From assembly GCA_040882345.1 (NCBI GenBank), contig JBBEBL010000220.1:21773-62981 (forward strand): 41,209 nt of DNA. Direction: 5' to 3'. The notes under the pieces were generated by a model that searched no databases, had not been told where the DNA came from, and saw only the letters and a program-made list of their open reading frames with translations. This stretch comes from Chloroflexota bacterium (GTDB lineage: Bacteria > Chloroflexota > Limnocylindria > Limnocylindrales > CSP1-4). The position numbers were made by a program, and so were the translations under genes. Positions 38,713-41,209 of the stretch are shown here, one piece after another (positions within the stretch are counted from its first letter, which is position 1; each line of letters begins with the position of its first letter).

Positions 38713-39036
38713 GTGATGCCAGCCGGCTGCATCGATCGGCCGCCCCCTCGCCGCCCAGCGCCCCCGCCTCGCTGCGTCCGTCCCCGATATGCAGCCGACG
38801 TGCATCACGCGCCAGGGGTTGGTCTGCGCGCGCCGTGGGACCCTCCCGTACCAACGGCGGATGGTCCGACCGGGCCGTCCACCCGTACGGTGAGAAGCAG
38901 CGGGTCCGCGTGCCGCCTGCTCGTCGAGTGGATCAGCGCCACCCCGGAGGAAGCGTCCATCTTCCCGGACGCGACGATCCGCTCTCCGTACACGCTGAAC
39001 CTGACGAAGGACTTCACCGGTCCCGCCGTGTCCTGA
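38713..39036 (+). CDS. Possible short hypothetical protein or gene remnant
   Basis: Only the 3' part (about 38890-39036, CRLLVEWISATPEEASIFPDATIRSPYTLNLTKDF) has coding-like codons; start unclear. Confidence 0.25.
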   Translation: MMPAGCIDRPPPRRPAPPPRCVRPRYAADVHHAPGVGLRAPWDPPVPTADGPTGPSTRTVRSSGSACRLLVEWISATPEEASIFPDATIRSPYTLNLTKDFTGPAVS

Positions 39037-39064
39037 GGCGGGGAATCCGGCGACTCCCACCCGC

Positions 39065-40069
39065 TCACCGCGCGAGCAGCATCCCTAGACCCGCCGCGCG
39101 GGCCCTACTCACGATGTCCGCCGCGAACACGATGTCCGCCAGCCCGACTCCAAGGGGCGTGGCGACGACTCGACCCGACGCGGGTCGCCGCGTCCCCGCA
39201 AGGATCGCCTCCCCGATCGTCGCGGTCGGGTCCGGATAGCCATCGAACTGGCCCGCGTCGCGATTGGCGAGGAACTGGCCGCGATCGTCCACCAGGAACA
39301 GCGCCCCATCGCGGGCCGTGGCCGCCGAACACATCGCCGCGTAATCCACGGCGACCACCAGCGCGTCGCGCGCCAGCCAGTCCGGCGACATGCGCTGGCG
39401 GTCCTCCGGTCGGGCGAACGTGACCGCCGTGATCACCACATCCGCGTCCACGGTGGCTTCGCGCGCGCTCGCGACAGTGGCCGCCGCGGTCACCCCGGGG
39501 AGGCGCGCCGCCGCGGCGGCCAGGTCCGCCGCCCGATCCGAGTGGCGGTCGTGGATGGCGAAGCTGACCCCGGGCAGGACTCGGGCCAGCATCTCCACGT
39601 GGCTGCGCCCCTGGACGCCGGCACCCACCACCGCGGCCCGGAGTGGACGACCGGTCACAGTCGGCGCGAATCGACGGACCACGACCCCGGACACGGCCGC
39701 CGTGCGGCGGGCCGTGATGGGGGCGCCATCCAGGATGGCCATCGGCAGGCCGGTCCCTGGGTCGTTGATGACCACGAGCGCGTTGATCGGCGCGGCGCCC
39801 AGTTCGCGGTTGGCCGGGAACCCCAGGACCCATTTCATCCCGAGCAGGTCGTCCGCGGTCGTGGCGCCTACGCGCCGGGGCCGCAGCGATGCCGGCATGG
39901 CGTGCGCGAACGATCCGTCCGGCCGCGGATGCACGCCGATCTTGGCCGGCAGCTCGGCATCGGCGACGAGCGCGGTCATCGCCCGTTCGGCGAGCTCCAG
40001 GCCCTCGTCGATGGACGGCATCGCCCGAACGACATCGGCCCCCGACAGGTAGAGGATCCCAGTGTCCAT
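39065..40069 (-). CDS. Ornithine cyclodeaminase/mu-crystallin family protein
   Basis: LPAKIGV, HAMPA, GMKWV, ITARRTAAVS, VVGAGVQGRSH, PLGVGLADIV. TAGACT 8 nt before ATG 40069. Confidence 0.9.
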   Translation of the reverse strand: MDTGILYLSGADVVRAMPSIDEGLELAERAMTALVADAELPAKIGVHPRPDGSFAHAMPASLRPRRVGATTADDLLGMKWVLGFPANRELGAAPINALVVINDPGTGLPMAILDGAPITARRTAAVSGVVVRRFAPTVTGRPLRAAVVGAGVQGRSHVEMLARVLPGVSFAIHDRHSDRAADLAAAAARLPGVTAAATVASAREATVDADVVITAVTFARPEDRQRMSPDWLARDALVVAVDYAAMCSAATARDGALFLVDDRGQFLANRDAGQFDGYPDPTATIGEAILAGTRRPASGRVVATPLGVGLADIVFAADIVSRARAAGLGMLLAR

Positions 40070-40137
40070 CGCCCCGGAGTCTAGTCGCCACGCCGGGTGG
40101 ACAGGGCCGAGCCTCGATGAGGCGTACGATTCGCGCG

Positions 40138-41209
40138 ATGGCCACCCTTGACGCCGAGACCAGCCTCGCGAACCTCCGGCTGGAACGCGACGCGATCGTC
40201 CTCTACCAGGCGCTCGCGACGATCGAGCGGGATCCTCGACGCCGGGCCGCCTTCGAGCGGATCGCCGCCAACGAGCGCCGCCACGCGGACATCTGGGCGA
40301 CCCGGCTTGCCGAGCAGGCGGTGGTCGTGCCGCCGCCGACATCGCCCCGCGCCCGCGTGCGGCTGGTCATCCTGCTGGCCCGCCTGTTCGGGACGAGAGC
40401 CGTCGCGGACCTGGTCAAGGCGATCGAGGGCAACGAGCAGGAGCTGTACGACGCCCAGGGCGCGTCGCCGGACGTGGCCGCCATCGCCGCCGACGAGCGC
40501 GAGCACGCCCGCATCTGGGACGAGCTCAAGAGCGCTCCGGCCGCGGTCCCGGCGATCGCGCGCGACCCGGACCGGGATGGCGTCGCCGACGCGCGCCGCG
40601 CGACCTCGGCGTCGGACATCGCGGAGGGCGAGCGCTGGCACCGCAGCGGCGGTCGATCCGGGACGCTCCGCGCGATCATCTTCGGCGTCAGCGACGGCCT
40701 GGTCAGCAATCTGTCTCTGGTCATGGGGGTCGCCGGAGCCGCGTCCGCCAACCCGAGCTTCATCCTGCTCGCGGGCATCGCCGGCCTGCTCGCCGGGGCA
40801 TTCAGCATGGCTGCCGGCGAGTACATCAGCATGCAGAGCCAGCGCGAACTGTTCGAGCGCCAGATCGCCCTGGAGCGTGCCGAGATGCAGGCCATGCCGG
40901 AAGAGGAGGAGGCCGAGCTCGCGGCCGCCTATCGGGCCAAGGGCTTCACCCACGACGAGGCCACGACGATCGCCCACCGGATCTTCGCGGATCCGGAGGC
41001 AGCGCTCGACCTGATGGTCCGCGAGGAGCTGGGCCTGGACCCGGACGAGCTCGGGTCGCCGTGGGGCGCGGCGGGCGGATCGTTCGTCGCCTTCTGTATC
41101 GGGGCGGTGATCCCGGTGATCCCGTTCCTGTTCGGTGGCGGGCCGGTGCTCACGGCGCTGAGCCTCGGGATGAGCCTGGTCGCGCTGTTCGGCGTGGGCG
41201 CTGCCGTGA
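40138..41209 (+). CDS. Ferritin-like (rubrerythrin-type) domain fused to a VIT1/CCC1 metal transporter; partial at window end
   Basis: Not in the ORF track because it has no stop in the window. Hand translation shows ExxH pairs (NERRHA, DEREHA), then LRAIIFGVSDGLVSNL and AGAFSMAAGEYISMQSQRE. Confidence 0.9.
   Translation, partial: MATLDAETSLANLRLERDAIVLYQALATIERDPRRRAAFERIAANERRHADIWATRLAEQAVVVPPPTSPRARVRLVILLARLFGTRAVADLVKAIEGNEQELYDAQGASPDVAAIAADEREHARIWDELKSAPAAVPAIARDPDRDGVADARRATSASDIAEGERWHRSGGRSGTLRAIIFGVSDGLVSNLSLVMGVAGAASANPSFILLAGIAGLLAGAFSMAAGEYISMQSQRELFERQIALERAEMQAMPEEEEAELAAAYRAKGFTHDEATTIAHRIFADPEAALDLMVREELGLDPDELGSPWGAAGGSFVAFCIGAVIPVIPFLFGGGPVLTALSLGMSLVALFGVGAAV

Overview
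A very GC-rich bacterial chromosomal segment of about 45 genes. The gene repertoire and style suggest a Chloroflexota or Actinomycetota-like organism, which is inference only. Left to right: (1) a partial membrane GAF-GAF-GGDEF diguanylate cyclase; (2) a class III aminotransferase plus a two-subunit CoA-transferase operon; (3) a universal stress protein divergent from a DevS/DevR (DosS/DosR)-like heme-GAF kinase and response regulator; (4) a truncated yceI remnant; (5) a complete mrpABCDEFG cation/H+ antiporter operon; (6) a ybaK-like gene coupled to a release-factor-like (baeRF) gene; (7) an internally deleted CBS gene leading a complete 9-gene V/A-type ATPase operon; (8) an acyl-ACP desaturase scrap; (9) an ArsR-DsrE-TusA-DsrE2-TusA-SQR-Usp sulfur-relay operon; (10) housekeeping-type genes: aminotransferase, membrane protein, phosphotriesterase homolog, osmC, CAP-FN3 protein, MFS-cNMP fusion, sufB-sufD-Rieske, ornithine cyclodeaminase family, and a partial ferritin-like/VIT1 fusion. 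The main hypothesis is a mosaic low-oxygen/sulfide bioenergetic region of about 23 kb. Paired Dev-box-like motifs at identical promoter spacing link at least the usp and ybaK-baeRF genes to the local DevR-like regulator. Three intergenic gaps hold long nested hairpin elements. No tRNA, rRNA, CRISPR array, integrase or transposase was recognised.
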